Positions 52,810-62,785 of a DNA stretch of 64,000 bases are shown piece after piece. The stretch spans positions 32,001-96,000 of the forward strand of contig CAVXEP010000028.1 of NCBI GenBank assembly GCA_963760795.1, read 5' to 3'. The position numbers and the translations under genes were made by a program. This DNA comes from an uncultured delta proteobacterium (GTDB lineage Bacteria > Desulfobacterota > Binatia > UBA9968). The notes beneath the pieces were generated by a model. The model saw only the letters and a list, made by a program, of their open reading frames with translations. It was not told where the DNA came from and did not search any database. Position 1 is the first letter of the stretch, and every line of letters starts with the position of its first letter.

Positions 52810-54877
52810 CGCCTAACTCCACAACTACGTTCAGCCGCTCATCCACGCGCGCTTGTCCTCCTACGCCGACGATCAAAGTCGACTCGCGCTCTTCGACAAT
52901 GGCCGGACCGGTGAACCGCATACCCGGCTCGAGCGTGTAGCGATCGTAAATCGAGGTTTCCACATAACCGTTGCTTTGTGGAAAGTACGCCAAACGCGAA
53001 CCTTTGCGCGCGTCGCCGCCACGAGTTGAATTACGCGGCAGTTTTAGATTCATGTCCGGCCGCGGCCCGCTCGCCACCACCCGCCAATTGATGACTTCTA
53101 GAGGCACATCCGGCCCTTTGCGGCCATAGAGCGATTCGTAAGTGCGCTCGAACTCGGCGGCGATGCGCGGCAGATCGTCGACGCTAAGCACGCCGTCGGG
53201 CAACGCCACCGAAACTTCATGACCTTGACCGATGTAACGCAAGTCGGCGGTGCGCTGGTAAACAATGTCATGGGCTCTGAGTCCGGAACTTTCTAAAACC
53301 TTACGCCCCTCTTTAGCCATTTCATCGAGCAGGCAATTAGCGAGATTCCAGTCGAGCCGATCCATCCGGCTGTAGGCGCTGCGGACGAAATCGAAGGCCA
53401 GCGGCGCCGCGAGCAATCCGAAGGTCGAACCAACGCCGGCGCCGAACGGCGAGATCAAAGCCGGTAGGCGCAAAATCTCCGCGACCCGGTAGCCATGCAC
53501 CGGCCCGGCGCCGCCGAAGGCGTACATCGGCATGCGCCGCGGGTCCTTGCCACGCTCGCCCAGGTGGGCGCGCGCGGCGTTGGCCATGTTCTCGTTGACG
53601 ATCTGATGAATGCCCCAGGCGACTTGCTCAGCGGTCAATTTTAACGGCTCGCCCAAGCGCTCAAGCGCTTTTTTCGTGCCGTCCAGATCGAGCTTCATCT
53701 TGCCGCCGAGAAAATAATTGGAGTCGAGATAGCCTAGCACAAGATCGGCGTCGGTCACCGTCGGCTGCGTGCCGCCCTGGCCGTAACATACCGGGCCGGG
53801 ATCGGCGCCGGAGCTATCCGGCCCGACTTTGAGCAGTCCTAGCGAATCCACCCGCGCGATGCTGCCGCCGCCGGCGCCGATCTCGATCATATCGATGACC
53901 GGAATGCGCACCGGCAAACCGCTGCCCTTGCGAAATCGATAGACGCGGTCAACTTCGAATTCATGGGTCTTGAGCGGCTGGCCGTTCTCGATGACGCATA
54001 GCTTGGCGGTGGTCCCGCCCATGTCGAAGGAAAGCAGATCGCGATGGCCGGAGCACATGCCCGCCTCCGCCGCGGCGATGGCCCCAGCGGCAGGACCGGA
54101 TTCGAGCAGGCGCACGGGGAAGCGCGACGCAGTTTCGCGCGTGGCGACACCGCCGCTCGACAGCATGACGAAGAAGCTGCCGCGAAAACCGATCTCATCC
54201 AAGCGCGCTTGCAGCTGGGCAAGATAATCCGACACCCGCTCCTGGACGTAAACATTCGCCAGCGTGGTGCTGGTGCGCTGGAACTCGCGAATCTCGGCGA
54301 CCACCTCGGAGCTCAACGATACGCGAATCTGCGGCGCGACTTCCGCGATGATTTCCGCCGTGCGCTTTTCGTGAGCTGGATTACGAAAACTATTGAGATA
54401 GCAAACGCCGACCGCCTTGATGCCCTTGTCGCGCAGCGCGCCGACAAGCTTGCGCACAAACGCTTCGTCCAACTCTTGCAAAATACTGCCGTCGGCCGCC
54501 ATGCGCTCGGGCACGTCGAAGCGCAGATGGCGTGGCACTAGAGGTTTGGGCAGGTCGAGATTGAGATCGTAAAGCTCGTAGCGGTGTTCCCGGCCAATTT
54601 CCACGGCGTCGCGAAACCCAGCCGTTGTCAGCAGTGCCGTCAGAGCGCCTTTGCGCTCGATCAGCGCGTTGGTCACCAGCGTCGTCCCATGTATCAATGT
54701 ACCGCGCTGGCGCGCATCCACCGAACCATTCTGCAACACCGGGCGCAGCGCATTCTCCACCGCCAGACTGGGATCGCCCGGCGTCGTCAGGGTCTTGGCA
54801 ATGACGGCGCCGCCATCGTCGCCGACCAACAACATGTCGGTAAATGTCCCGCCGATATCGATGCCAACGCGGTACAT
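52799..54877 (-). CDS. Hydantoinase A / 5-oxoprolinase family protein
   Basis: GIDIGGTFTD, HGTTLVTN, ESGPAAG, DMGGTT, IGAGGGSIA, GPVCYG. Confidence 0.94.
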   Translation of the reverse strand: MYRVGIDIGGTFTDMLLVGDDGGAVIAKTLTTPGDPSLAVENALRPVLQNGSVDARQRGTLIHGTTLVTNALIERKGALTALLTTAGFRDAVEIGREHRYELYDLNLDLPKPLVPRHLRFDVPERMAADGSILQELDEAFVRKLVGALRDKGIKAVGVCYLNSFRNPAHEKRTAEIIAEVAPQIRVSLSSEVVAEIREFQRTSTTLANVYVQERVSDYLAQLQARLDEIGFRGSFFVMLSSGGVATRETASRFPVRLLESGPAAGAIAAAEAGMCSGHRDLLSFDMGGTTAKLCVIENGQPLKTHEFEVDRVYRFRKGSGLPVRIPVIDMIEIGAGGGSIARVDSLGLLKVGPDSSGADPGPVCYGQGGTQPTVTDADLVLGYLDSNYFLGGKMKLDLDGTKKALERLGEPLKLTAEQVAWGIHQIVNENMANAARAHLGERGKDPRRMPMYAFGGAGPVHGYRVAEILRLPALISPFGAGVGSTFGLLAAPLAFDFVRSAYSRMDRLDWNLANCLLDEMAKEGRKVLESSGLRAHDIVYQRTADLRYIGQGHEVSVALPDGVLSVDDLPRIAAEFERTYESLYGRKGPDVPLEVINWRVVASGPRPDMNLKLPRNSTRGGDARKGSRLAYFPQSNGYVETSIYDRYTLEPGMRFTGPAIVEERESTLIVGVGGQARVDERLNVVVELGDGK

Positions 54878-54885
54878 AGGAATTT

Positions 54886-54967
54886 CGTTCAAGTGTTCAA
54901 ACGTTCAAAGTTCAATTCTTCGGCATTCTTTTTTACCTTGAACCCTTGAACCTTGAACTTTTGAACG
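54886..54967. repeat. Palindrome of TTGAAC tandem units (4 x GTTCAA facing 4 x TTGAAC)
   Basis: cgttcaa gtgttcaa acgttcaa agttcaa -22 nt- ttgaacc cttgaac cttgaac ttttgaacg. Confidence 0.8.
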
Positions 54968-54975
54968 ACCATTGG

Positions 54976-55995
54976 TTATTGAGCGAATAGATCGAGTAAT
55001 GGTTGCGTCTGATGCGCCGCCGCCGGCCGCAAGAGCGGCACCTGTACCCCGGCGTCACGATATTGCTGCACGCGCTTCTTCACTTCATCCGGCGTGCCGC
55101 TGGCGGTCATGCCTTCGACATACGAGTCGGGGATCGCTTTGATCAAACCTTCCATGCCGCCCTGGGCGTGGGCTTTTTCGAATAGCGGAATGTCTTCCTT
55201 ATGAATATACGGCTCGCCGACGCGCATCTTCGGCGCGGCGATAAACGAGATCTGCACCGGGTCGAGTTTGGTCGCCACTTCCCAGCGCACCGCATCGAGA
55301 GCTTTTTGGTGATTGTCTTCTATCGAGCAATTGATGATCTGCGCGACGAAAAACTTGGAAAAGTCACGCCCAGCCTGCTGCGCCGACTCTTTGATAATAC
55401 GCAGCGCATTGACGGTGTACTCCGGCGAGCAGACCGCGTTGAGAATAACTCCATCGCCAACCGCGCCGGCGAGCTTCAAGCCGATGGTCGCCGTCGCCGG
55501 AACGTAGAATGGGATATGCGAGCGCACCGGCTTCCAGCCCAGTCCAACGTTGTCGAAGTTGACAAACTTGCCGTGATAGGAAACCTTCTCGCCGGTAAAT
55601 AACAAACGCATCGACTCGATATATTCGCGCAGCACTTCGCTAGGCGTCGCGCCGACATCCTGGGGCAGCGCATGGACGCGCGCGTGGCTCTTGGTGCATG
55701 CTCCCGGCGCCGCCGTGATGCGCCCGCCGCTGAGCTCGTCCAGAGTCGCCAACGACTGCGCCATCACCACCGGACCGCGCAAACGCACGATCTGGGTCGT
55801 CCCCATGATCAAATTTTTCGTCGCCAAGCCGATCGCCGCCAACGAACTCACCGAGTCGCGCATGAGCTCGATGGTCTCGGAAAAAAATGCCATTTCGAAG
55901 CCGCGCTCTTCGGCCTGCTGCATTACGTCGGCCATCTCCCGCACATTGGTAAACTTGCCATACCCCAACGCGTAGCCCACTCGTTGCTTTGCCAT
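54976..55995 (-). CDS. LLM class (luciferase-like) flavin/F420-dependent oxidoreductase
   Basis: AEERGF, ATLDELSGGR, GEKVSYHG, LAGAVGDG, GTPDEV; AAGGAG RBS. Confidence 0.9.
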   Translation of the reverse strand: MAKQRVGYALGYGKFTNVREMADVMQQAEERGFEMAFFSETIELMRDSVSSLAAIGLATKNLIMGTTQIVRLRGPVVMAQSLATLDELSGGRITAAPGACTKSHARVHALPQDVGATPSEVLREYIESMRLLFTGEKVSYHGKFVNFDNVGLGWKPVRSHIPFYVPATATIGLKLAGAVGDGVILNAVCSPEYTVNALRIIKESAQQAGRDFSKFFVAQIINCSIEDNHQKALDAVRWEVATKLDPVQISFIAAPKMRVGEPYIHKEDIPLFEKAHAQGGMEGLIKAIPDSYVEGMTASGTPDEVKKRVQQYRDAGVQVPLLRPAAAHQTQPLLDLFAQ

Positions 55996-56112
55996 TGGCA
56001 AACTCTCCTTGATTGATCGCTTCAAATCGGCTGAAACAGCCACGAATTACAGACTCATTCCTACGCAAAGGCGGCTTGCGAGTCAATCGGAGGGGAGTTT
56101 AGATTGGCGCGA

Positions 56113-56298
56113 ACCCTCGCTTCGTTGACAATGACGGCAATAGCCAAACTGTCATTTCGAGCGAAGCGAGAAATCTCATCCACTATTGGCCGACAATCAA
56201 TGCAAGGTTTAGATCAAGATGACTTCGATTTAGGAATTCGTAAGTGTTTTGTGAGCTCTTTGCGTGGCTCAGTTCCTTCGCATTCGCTCAGGACAAGC
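56113..56298. repeat. Cluster of REP-like units (TGTCATTTCGAGCGAAGCGAGAAATCT type)
   Basis: ccctcgcttcgttgacaatgac / tgtcatttcgagcgaagcgagaaatctc inverted pair, plus ccttcgcattcgctcaggacaagc. Confidence 0.65.
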
Positions 56299-56331
56299 TT
56301 TCCGGCCAACGTTCCGATTCCGAATCTCTTG

Positions 56332-57435
56332 CTACGGATGCACGCTTTCCAAAAACCAGTCCGTTGGCAGCGCGCGGCCAATGCCTTTGGCGATGGCTTC
56401 GCTATAAACCGCGGCGCCGACGGCGGCGAATTGCAGACCGATGCCGATGTTGTTGAGAAAGCAGGTCGACTCTTGCGCATTCGCCCGCCCCTGGGCTTTG
56501 CCGGTGACGAGATCTTTGAGATCAGGCGCGCTCAGCCAGAAGGGATGCTCGACGTTTACTTCATGGGCATGGGCCGGCCCTTTCTTGATAATATCGATCG
56601 CGTCGTGCGCTGGGATGCCTTCCTCCCCGTAGCCGGCGACATAATTGGTCGGCGCGTGTTGATGGGCGTGGATCACCAAGCGGTCGACTTTGCGAATCGT
56701 GTCGTCGCCCAACTCCGGCACGCGTACACAGGTCAAATGCAGTCCGGGTTTGACCCAATCGGCACTCACCACGCGGGAAAGTGAATTGGTCGTCGCGGCG
56801 ATGATGTCAGCATCGCGGATCGCCTCTTCCGGCGAATCCACCGCGCGCAGCTCGGCGCTCACTTTGGGTTGGAGTTCTTTGATGAACGCTTCGCGGTTGG
56901 CCTTGGTCGGACTGAAAACGTTGATGCGCTTGAGCGGCCGCACGGCGCACATCGCCGGCACATGGCTGCCGGCCTGCCAACCGGAACCGAACAGCGCCAT
57001 GGTGCTGGCATCCTCGCGGGCGAGATAACGCGCCGCCAGCGCGCTGCTCGACGCCACGCGCATGCGCTGCACGACACCGTCGGGAAACATTGCCAGCGGT
57101 TCTCCAGTGATCGTCGAAAACAGCATCACCAGACCCACGTATTTGTCGCCTGGCGCCGCGGGAACTTTAGTCTTGATCGTCCGGTTACCCTGCTGGTTCC
57201 AGCGGATTACGTCCGAATTGATGCGCATGGCGACGATGGGTGGATCGTACAAGCCGGCTTCCATGGATTTGAAAGCGTAGACGCCGGCTTCGGTCGCCGA
57301 CGGCATGACCAAATCGGTGCGCGGCCGATTGATCGCGGTGCCCTTGTCCCAACTGGCGTAGGCTTTCTCCAGCGCGTCGATGCAGGTTTTGATCGACAGA
57401 AACGATTCGATTTCTTCGTTGCTAAGAATAATCAT
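56332..57435 (-). CDS. Ornithine cyclodeaminase / mu-crystallin family protein
   Basis: GEPLA, RMRVASSSALAARYLAREDA, GSGWQA, GIGLQFAAVG. Confidence 0.9.
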   Translation of the reverse strand: MIILSNEEIESFLSIKTCIDALEKAYASWDKGTAINRPRTDLVMPSATEAGVYAFKSMEAGLYDPPIVAMRINSDVIRWNQQGNRTIKTKVPAAPGDKYVGLVMLFSTITGEPLAMFPDGVVQRMRVASSSALAARYLAREDASTMALFGSGWQAGSHVPAMCAVRPLKRINVFSPTKANREAFIKELQPKVSAELRAVDSPEEAIRDADIIAATTNSLSRVVSADWVKPGLHLTCVRVPELGDDTIRKVDRLVIHAHQHAPTNYVAGYGEEGIPAHDAIDIIKKGPAHAHEVNVEHPFWLSAPDLKDLVTGKAQGRANAQESTCFLNNIGIGLQFAAVGAAVYSEAIAKGIGRALPTDWFLESVHP

Positions 57436-57532
57436 GGAGCTGAAATATCAGCGCGGTCAGCTATCGTCAAGACAGTGATCATTGACTAAAGATACTCAAC
57501 TCGATTAGCCTCGCAATCAGGAGAGGCCAATC

Positions 57533-58426
57533 ATGAAAACCATCGCATTGCTCCATCCAGGCAACATGGGCTCAACCATCGGCGCTTGCGCCGCGGCCAG
57601 CGGCGCCCGGGTGCTCTGGGCATCGGCGCAGAGAAGCGCCGCATCGCGCAAACGCGCCGAACAAGCCGGCTTGGTCGACGCCGGGGATCTAGCCGCGGCC
57701 GTGCGCCAAAGCGATATCGTCCTGTCGGTCTGTCCGCCGGAGTTCGCCACGGAAATCGCCGTGAGCGTCGCCGCGCAACGCTTCCAAGGGATTTATGTCG
57801 ATGCCAACGCCGTGTCGCGGGCGACGGCAGAAGAAATTGCTAAGATCGTTGCCAAAGCTGGCGCCAGCTTCGTCGACGGCGGCATCATCGGCTCGCCGGT
57901 CAAGCAAGCCGGCACGACCAGAATGTATCTCTCGGGAGAAAAAGCCGCGGAGATCGCTCAATTGTTTTCCGCCAGTATGTTGGATGCGCGCCGCATCGGC
58001 GCTGTCCCCGGCGAAGCCTCGGCTTTGAAAGTCGTCTATGCCGCCTGGACCAAAGGCACCGACGCTTTAATCCTCGCCATTCGCGCGCTCGCGGCTCATG
58101 AAGGCGTGGATCAGGCATTGCTCGAAGAGTGGAAAATCTCCCAACCGGCGCTGGAAAATAAATGCCTGCGCGCCGCCGCCGTCGCCGCTCCAAAAATGTG
58201 GCGCTATGTTGGCGAAATGAGAGAAATCGCCGAGGCGTTCGAAGCCGCCGGCTTGCCGGGGGGGTTTCACGAGGCCGCCGCTGAAGTCAGCGAACGGCTC
58301 GCCTGCTTCAAAGATCAAACCGAGCCGCCGCTTACGGTGAAGACGGTACTTGAAAAGCTGCTGTCACCGGTAACCAAGTCTCGGCATCGCACCGGCCTGC
58401 CTGCCTCGATGCCTGAGAAAGGTTGA
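57533..58426 (+). CDS. 6-phosphogluconate-dehydrogenase-like NAD(P)-dependent oxidoreductase (DUF1932-type C-terminus)
   Basis: LHPGNMGS, YVDANAVS, FVDGGIIG, ASALK, WRYVGEMREIA. Confidence 0.85.
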   Translation: MKTIALLHPGNMGSTIGACAAASGARVLWASAQRSAASRKRAEQAGLVDAGDLAAAVRQSDIVLSVCPPEFATEIAVSVAAQRFQGIYVDANAVSRATAEEIAKIVAKAGASFVDGGIIGSPVKQAGTTRMYLSGEKAAEIAQLFSASMLDARRIGAVPGEASALKVVYAAWTKGTDALILAIRALAAHEGVDQALLEEWKISQPALENKCLRAAAVAAPKMWRYVGEMREIAEAFEAAGLPGGFHEAAAEVSERLACFKDQTEPPLTVKTVLEKLLSPVTKSRHRTGLPASMPEKG

Positions 58427-58496
58427 TGCTTCGCTCGGTTCTGGATGATACCGCAGCGGTTCTCGAGACTGCGCTTGCCGCTTAATTCTTGGTCGA

Positions 58497-59591
58497 TTAC
58501 TTAAAGAACATCTTCTCGAACAGCTCGACCCACTTCTCTTCCTTCTCGTAGAGTAGTTCTGGTGCGATGAAGTTGAATTTGGCAAACTTGCCGCCGCCGG
58601 CTTTTAGGTCGGCAACTTTCGCCGGCACATCGGGATGAGCCGGCAGGTAGTCCGCTTCTTGAAGGATTTTTTGGCCGTCTTTCGAGAGCAGAAAATCGAT
58701 AAATAACATGCTCGCATGGGGATGCGGCGCGTTTTTCGCCAGGCCGAGGGTTTTCACCAGTCCAGGCACCGGTTCGATCGCCTGCCAATCCACCGGCGCA
58801 CCGGCGGCACGGCTGATGACCGCGTGGTAGTTGAACATATTGATGCCGATGGCGAACTCGCCGGCGATGACCATGTCCATCACCGCCCTGCCACTGGCGG
58901 TGCTTTTGGCGACGTTCTGCGCCGCCAGCTGTTTCAAATAGCCCATGCCCTTCTGCTCACCCAACGTGATTAACGTGTTGCCGAGAAATACCGGCGCGCC
59001 GGAACCGCCGCTGGTGTTCCAAATCATTTTGCCTTTCCACTTGGGATTGAGCAGATCGTTTAACGACTTCGGCACTTCATGGGCGGCGACGAGCTTGGTG
59101 TTATATCCAAGAGTCATGAAATAGAGATTCGGCACCGCCCAGTAACCCTGCGGTTCTTTAAACCGCTCCGGATAATCGCGCAGCAGAGGCGTCGTGAAGC
59201 GCTGAATGTAACCCGCCCTCTTCAGCATGACGATGGTCGAAGTCCCGTCGAGCACATCGACGTCGTAGCGCTTGGCCTGATACTCGGCCAACATGCGCTG
59301 CGCCAACGCGTCGGAATCGGCGCGATGATATTCGACCTGGACGTAGGGATATTTCTTTTCGAAGGCTTCCTTGATCGGCTTGAGCGCTTGATTGACGATC
59401 AGCGTCGTATACCACAGCAGCTTGCCTTCCTTTTTCGCTCCTTCTTCCAACAGGGTTTGGCGGTTGGCCGTCTTCGCCAAAGCGACTTCCTCGACGGTGG
59501 CAGCGCGAGCCAAATCGGGGGCGACAAACCATAGCAAAGTGACGAGGAAAGCTATTAGCGCAGGCCGATCCTGCCAGGACGCCGATGACAT
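58497..59591 (-). CDS. Extracellular solute-binding protein (AfuA/PotD-like)
   Basis: Signal peptide; GAKKEGKLLWYT, FEKKYP, YNTKLV, DLLNPKWKG, APHPHA. Confidence 0.88.
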   Translation of the reverse strand: MSSASWQDRPALIAFLVTLLWFVAPDLARAATVEEVALAKTANRQTLLEEGAKKEGKLLWYTTLIVNQALKPIKEAFEKKYPYVQVEYHRADSDALAQRMLAEYQAKRYDVDVLDGTSTIVMLKRAGYIQRFTTPLLRDYPERFKEPQGYWAVPNLYFMTLGYNTKLVAAHEVPKSLNDLLNPKWKGKMIWNTSGGSGAPVFLGNTLITLGEQKGMGYLKQLAAQNVAKSTASGRAVMDMVIAGEFAIGINMFNYHAVISRAAGAPVDWQAIEPVPGLVKTLGLAKNAPHPHASMLFIDFLLSKDGQKILQEADYLPAHPDVPAKVADLKAGGGKFAKFNFIAPELLYEKEEKWVELFEKMFFK

Positions 59592-59803
59592 AAAGTTCAC
59601 TCTTGCCTCCCAAATTCTCACTGATTTACGCAATTGCCTCAAATATAGCGCCGCTACTCCTGGAAACCAACGATTAGTTCAAATTGCCCTCTAGCCTGCA
59701 CCAATGTCCCAGCGTTTGACATCGCCGACGGCTTTTTATACGTAACGAGCGTGAAAACACCTGAGTAGAAGACTTTTCGACAACGGGATGTGAGGTGATC
59801 GAT

Positions 59804-60130
59804 ATGGAAAACTTCGGTTACATTATTTCAGAAGCGCCGGTCTTATTTCTGATAATCTGGTTCGCCGTCCGACTGGTGCAGTACCGCCGTTATCGAAACA
59901 AGCAACCGATCTACTCGGAGCGCGACGCCGCCTTGTTATACCCGCAGTCGAATTTCGACCTGCGCTCGCCCATGTCCCGCGTCAAACTGGCCCGCTGCAT
60001 TTTGCTCGCCACCGCGGCATTCTACGCGGAGTTTATGATACTGGCGCCATTCGGTGCGGCGATCTTGTGCACCGCACTGATGCTGACATCAGCCGCCCTG
60101 GTGCACAATTTCATTCTGAGTCCTAACTAA
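59804..60130 (+). CDS. Hypothetical small membrane protein
   Basis: GAGGTG RBS; three hydrophobic segments. Confidence 0.6.
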   Translation: MENFGYIISEAPVLFLIIWFAVRLVQYRRYRNKQPIYSERDAALLYPQSNFDLRSPMSRVKLARCILLATAAFYAEFMILAPFGAAILCTALMLTSAALVHNFILSPN

Positions 60131-60313
60131 TTTTCAAGCATCGGGATCGGGATCGCGGCGAGTAACGCCGTGGCCAAAGGCATTCAAGAAAGTCTCACCT
60201 CAGCGGCTCAGATGGCGCTGGCTAGCGCCGAGCAAGCGTTGCGATTTCTGGCCACGCACGGAACAATTCATAACGGATAGACGGCCGTCCAATCTCCCCA
60301 CTCGGTGAACAAC

Positions 60314-61318
60314 ATGAAAACATGCCGAGAGACATCCTTGCTACGATCACGGTATCAAACTCTGCCCGTTCTGTTCGGCGTGATGTTGACGCTCGCCCTC
60401 GGAGTAAACTCGCGCGCTCAAGAGCGCTCTCCGGAGCGCGTGGTCATCGGTGTACCGAGCCGGTCGATGACCTGGTTTCCTGCCTACCTGGCGCAAAAGA
60501 AGGGTTTTTATCTTCAGGAAGGACTAGATCTCCATTTCGTCCAGATGCGCTGCCCCCTCTCCGTGGCCGGCCATCTCTCCGGAGAAGTGGATTATTCAAC
60601 CTGCACGACAACAATCATCAATGCCGCGACCACCCGGGGTATTCCGGCAAAGATGTTTTTCAATATCACCGGCAAGCCCCTTCACTCTTTCGTCGTCAAC
60701 CCGCGCTTCAGCTCGCTCAGGGAAATGAAAGGCGCCAAAGTCGCGATCAACTCCTTCGGCACGCTCAATGAGATGGAGGTAAAAGTAATGTTAGAGCGCA
60801 ACGGCCTGCCGCCCAACTGGTTCAGCCTGTTGGAAGTGCCCGACGATACCGGCCGGGTGATAGCGCTCAAAGCCGGCAGCGTCGATGCCGCGTTACTGTC
60901 GCTGCCCTTCGACATTCACGCCGAGAAGCTCGGCTTCCGTACCCTCGTGCACATGCGCGACATCATGGAAGTGCCCTTCGCCGGCCTGGGCGCGTCGAAT
61001 AAGAAACTGGAGAGCCGCCCCGACCAAGTGCGCAAGGTCGTGCGCGGCACACTGCGCGGTCTCACCTACGCCAAAGCCAACCGCCGCGAGTCCATCGAGC
61101 TGATCCGCACCTGGACGGGCATGGAAGCCGCCATCGCCGAACAGTCCTACGATCGCGCCGCGCCGGCATGGACCGACAACGGCATCGCGCCGGATAAAGG
61201 CATCTTGATTAACATAGAACTAGCGAAACAGGCCGGCGGCGTCAAACAAGAGGTTCCCATGAGCCGAGTCGTCGACTGGAGCATCACCGAAGCGGAACTA
61301 CGCGCCGCCGCCAAATAA
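60314..61318 (+). CDS. NMT1/SsuA-like ABC substrate-binding protein
   Basis: AQKKGFYLQEGLD, MKGAKVAI, ALKAGSVDA; signal peptide. Confidence 0.88.
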   Translation: MKTCRETSLLRSRYQTLPVLFGVMLTLALGVNSRAQERSPERVVIGVPSRSMTWFPAYLAQKKGFYLQEGLDLHFVQMRCPLSVAGHLSGEVDYSTCTTTIINAATTRGIPAKMFFNITGKPLHSFVVNPRFSSLREMKGAKVAINSFGTLNEMEVKVMLERNGLPPNWFSLLEVPDDTGRVIALKAGSVDAALLSLPFDIHAEKLGFRTLVHMRDIMEVPFAGLGASNKKLESRPDQVRKVVRGTLRGLTYAKANRRESIELIRTWTGMEAAIAEQSYDRAAPAWTDNGIAPDKGILINIELAKQAGGVKQEVPMSRVVDWSITEAELRAAAK

Positions 61319-61333
61319 GCTTGCGCAGGAGAG

Positions 61334-61605
61334 ATGAAGCGTATCGATTCCGACACCTATTTCACGCCGCTTGACGCCTTCGCTAAGGTCGCCCCTAAGT
61401 ACCGCGCCAGCGGTCCAAGGTTTGTCGAACTGCCCAACGGCCGCTATTTTTTCGACTACCCGGCACGGGCGCCCTTGGTTCCACAGCATATTAAGAAAAT
61501 TCGCCTCAAGGGCCACGCGCCCAACGAACTTCAAGTCGCGCCCTGCATGGAAGGACGGCCAACGACGGCTTCGACACGCGGGTGCTGCTCGAAGTCAGTC
61601 GTTAA
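61334..61605 (+). pseudogene. Truncated N-terminal fragment of an amidohydrolase_2-like gene
   Basis: AGGAGAG RBS; MKRIDSDTYF resembles a decayed ID.D.H start; a shifted frame gives NDGFDTRVLL and then a stop; collides with the convergent RidA gene. Confidence 0.45.
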
Positions 61606-62056
61606 CCTGGACCGTAATTTCATTTTCCACCGGCGCATCCTGACTTAGCGACGCCACCCCGACGGCGGCGCGTGTGTGCCGGCCTTTTTCGCCAAACACT
61701 TGCACCAGCAGATCCGACTCGCCATTGACGACTTTCGGCATATCGACAAAGCCGGGGGCGACGTTAACGTAGCCGAGAACTTTGACGATGCGCTCGACTT
61801 TGTCGAGATCGCCTAATGCCGACTTCATGATCGCCAGATGATTGAGAGCGCAGTTGCGCGCCGCGTCGTAGGCTTGTTCGACGCTGATCTCGGCGCCGAC
61901 TTTGCCGCGATATTTAATCACGCCGTCGATCCGGCCGATGTTGCCGCCGATGAATAGCAGATTCCCAACCCGGACGTAGCCGATGTAGTTGGCCGCCGGT
62001 GTCGGCGGCTTGGGTAGCTCGATGCCGAGGGCTTTGAGTTTGTTTTCGATTTCCAT
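61595..62056 (-). CDS. RidA/YjgF family protein
   Basis: LGIELP..P.PAANY, VVNGESDLL, GRHTRAAVGV; AAGGAGG RBS before ATG at 62056. Confidence 0.92.
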   Translation of the reverse strand: MEIENKLKALGIELPKPPTPAANYIGYVRVGNLLFIGGNIGRIDGVIKYRGKVGAEISVEQAYDAARNCALNHLAIMKSALGDLDKVERIVKVLGYVNVAPGFVDMPKVVNGESDLLVQVFGEKGRHTRAAVGVASLSQDAPVENEITVQVND

Positions 62057-62448
62057 GAACGCCTCCTTATTTTTGACCGATTCGGCTTGTCTCAATTGAC
62101 CATCTTCATAACGACACAGTTCATAGATCGGGTCAAAACAACCTAGCCCAACGCGTCTTGCATGATCGCTGATCTCGGATTCACTTTGGGCTATGCCAGG
62201 CAACGGGTAAATCCGCCAGGGCTGGCAAGTTGACAAGTCACGCCAGTACGACAAACGCAGGTCGAGAACTAAATCGTCGAGGATCAACCAGAGTTGTGCG
62301 CCGAAAAATCCATGAGCCACTGACCAAAAACCCCGCTGATTCGACTCCGCGTCATCCAGAGTTCTGCAAAATGTCCGGAAGGATAAAGGCCAACGCAGCA
62401 AGTCCAGTTGCTGATGGTGTTGCACGACTTTTGCGTTATGACGAAATC

Positions 62449-62736
62449 ATGGGCAACTTTGAGAGTACATCACAAGAGCACCCCGAAACGTTGCTCGATC
62501 TCTTGGAAGATATCGTGGCAACGTATCAAGACAACGACTCTCGGCCAGTGGACGCCTTGAGTCTATACCGGCAACGCGTGCGGCTGGGTGCAAGTTATCG
62601 CGTCAAATTGGCCAAGCGCTTCGTCGTCGTCGATGGTGGCGGGGCCAATCATAAACCAGTTAAGTCGACGGCTCTGTCCAGCCCACCTCGCCTCAGGCTG
62701 GTGCCGAAGTTCACGCCGCCCACACCCGTTGGCTAG
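62449..62736 (+). CDS. Hypothetical small protein
   Basis: MGNFESTSQEHPETLLDLLEDIV...FVVVDGG...RLRLVPK; start uncertain, no clear RBS. Confidence 0.4.
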   Translation: MGNFESTSQEHPETLLDLLEDIVATYQDNDSRPVDALSLYRQRVRLGASYRVKLAKRFVVVDGGGANHKPVKSTALSSPPRLRLVPKFTPPTPVG

Positions 62737-62785
62737 TCGCCTGGATCAACGGCGCCAACGAATTGATCTTACTCCGCCCGGCGAA

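Noticed and set aside
54886-54967. CRISPR array
   Set aside because: Units are 7-9 bp with no unique spacers, and there are no cas genes.
60131-60280. Ala-rich open frame between the membrane protein and the NMT1-like gene
   Set aside because: No start codon or RBS at its 5' end and no recognisable similarity.
62057-62425. N-terminal extension of RidA in the ORF track (276 aa)
   Set aside because: A strong RBS precedes ATG 62056 and the extension is not protein-like.
62420-62436. sigma54 promoter TTGCACGACTTTTGC
   Set aside because: The invariant GG at -24 is TG, and the site is very close to the putative start.
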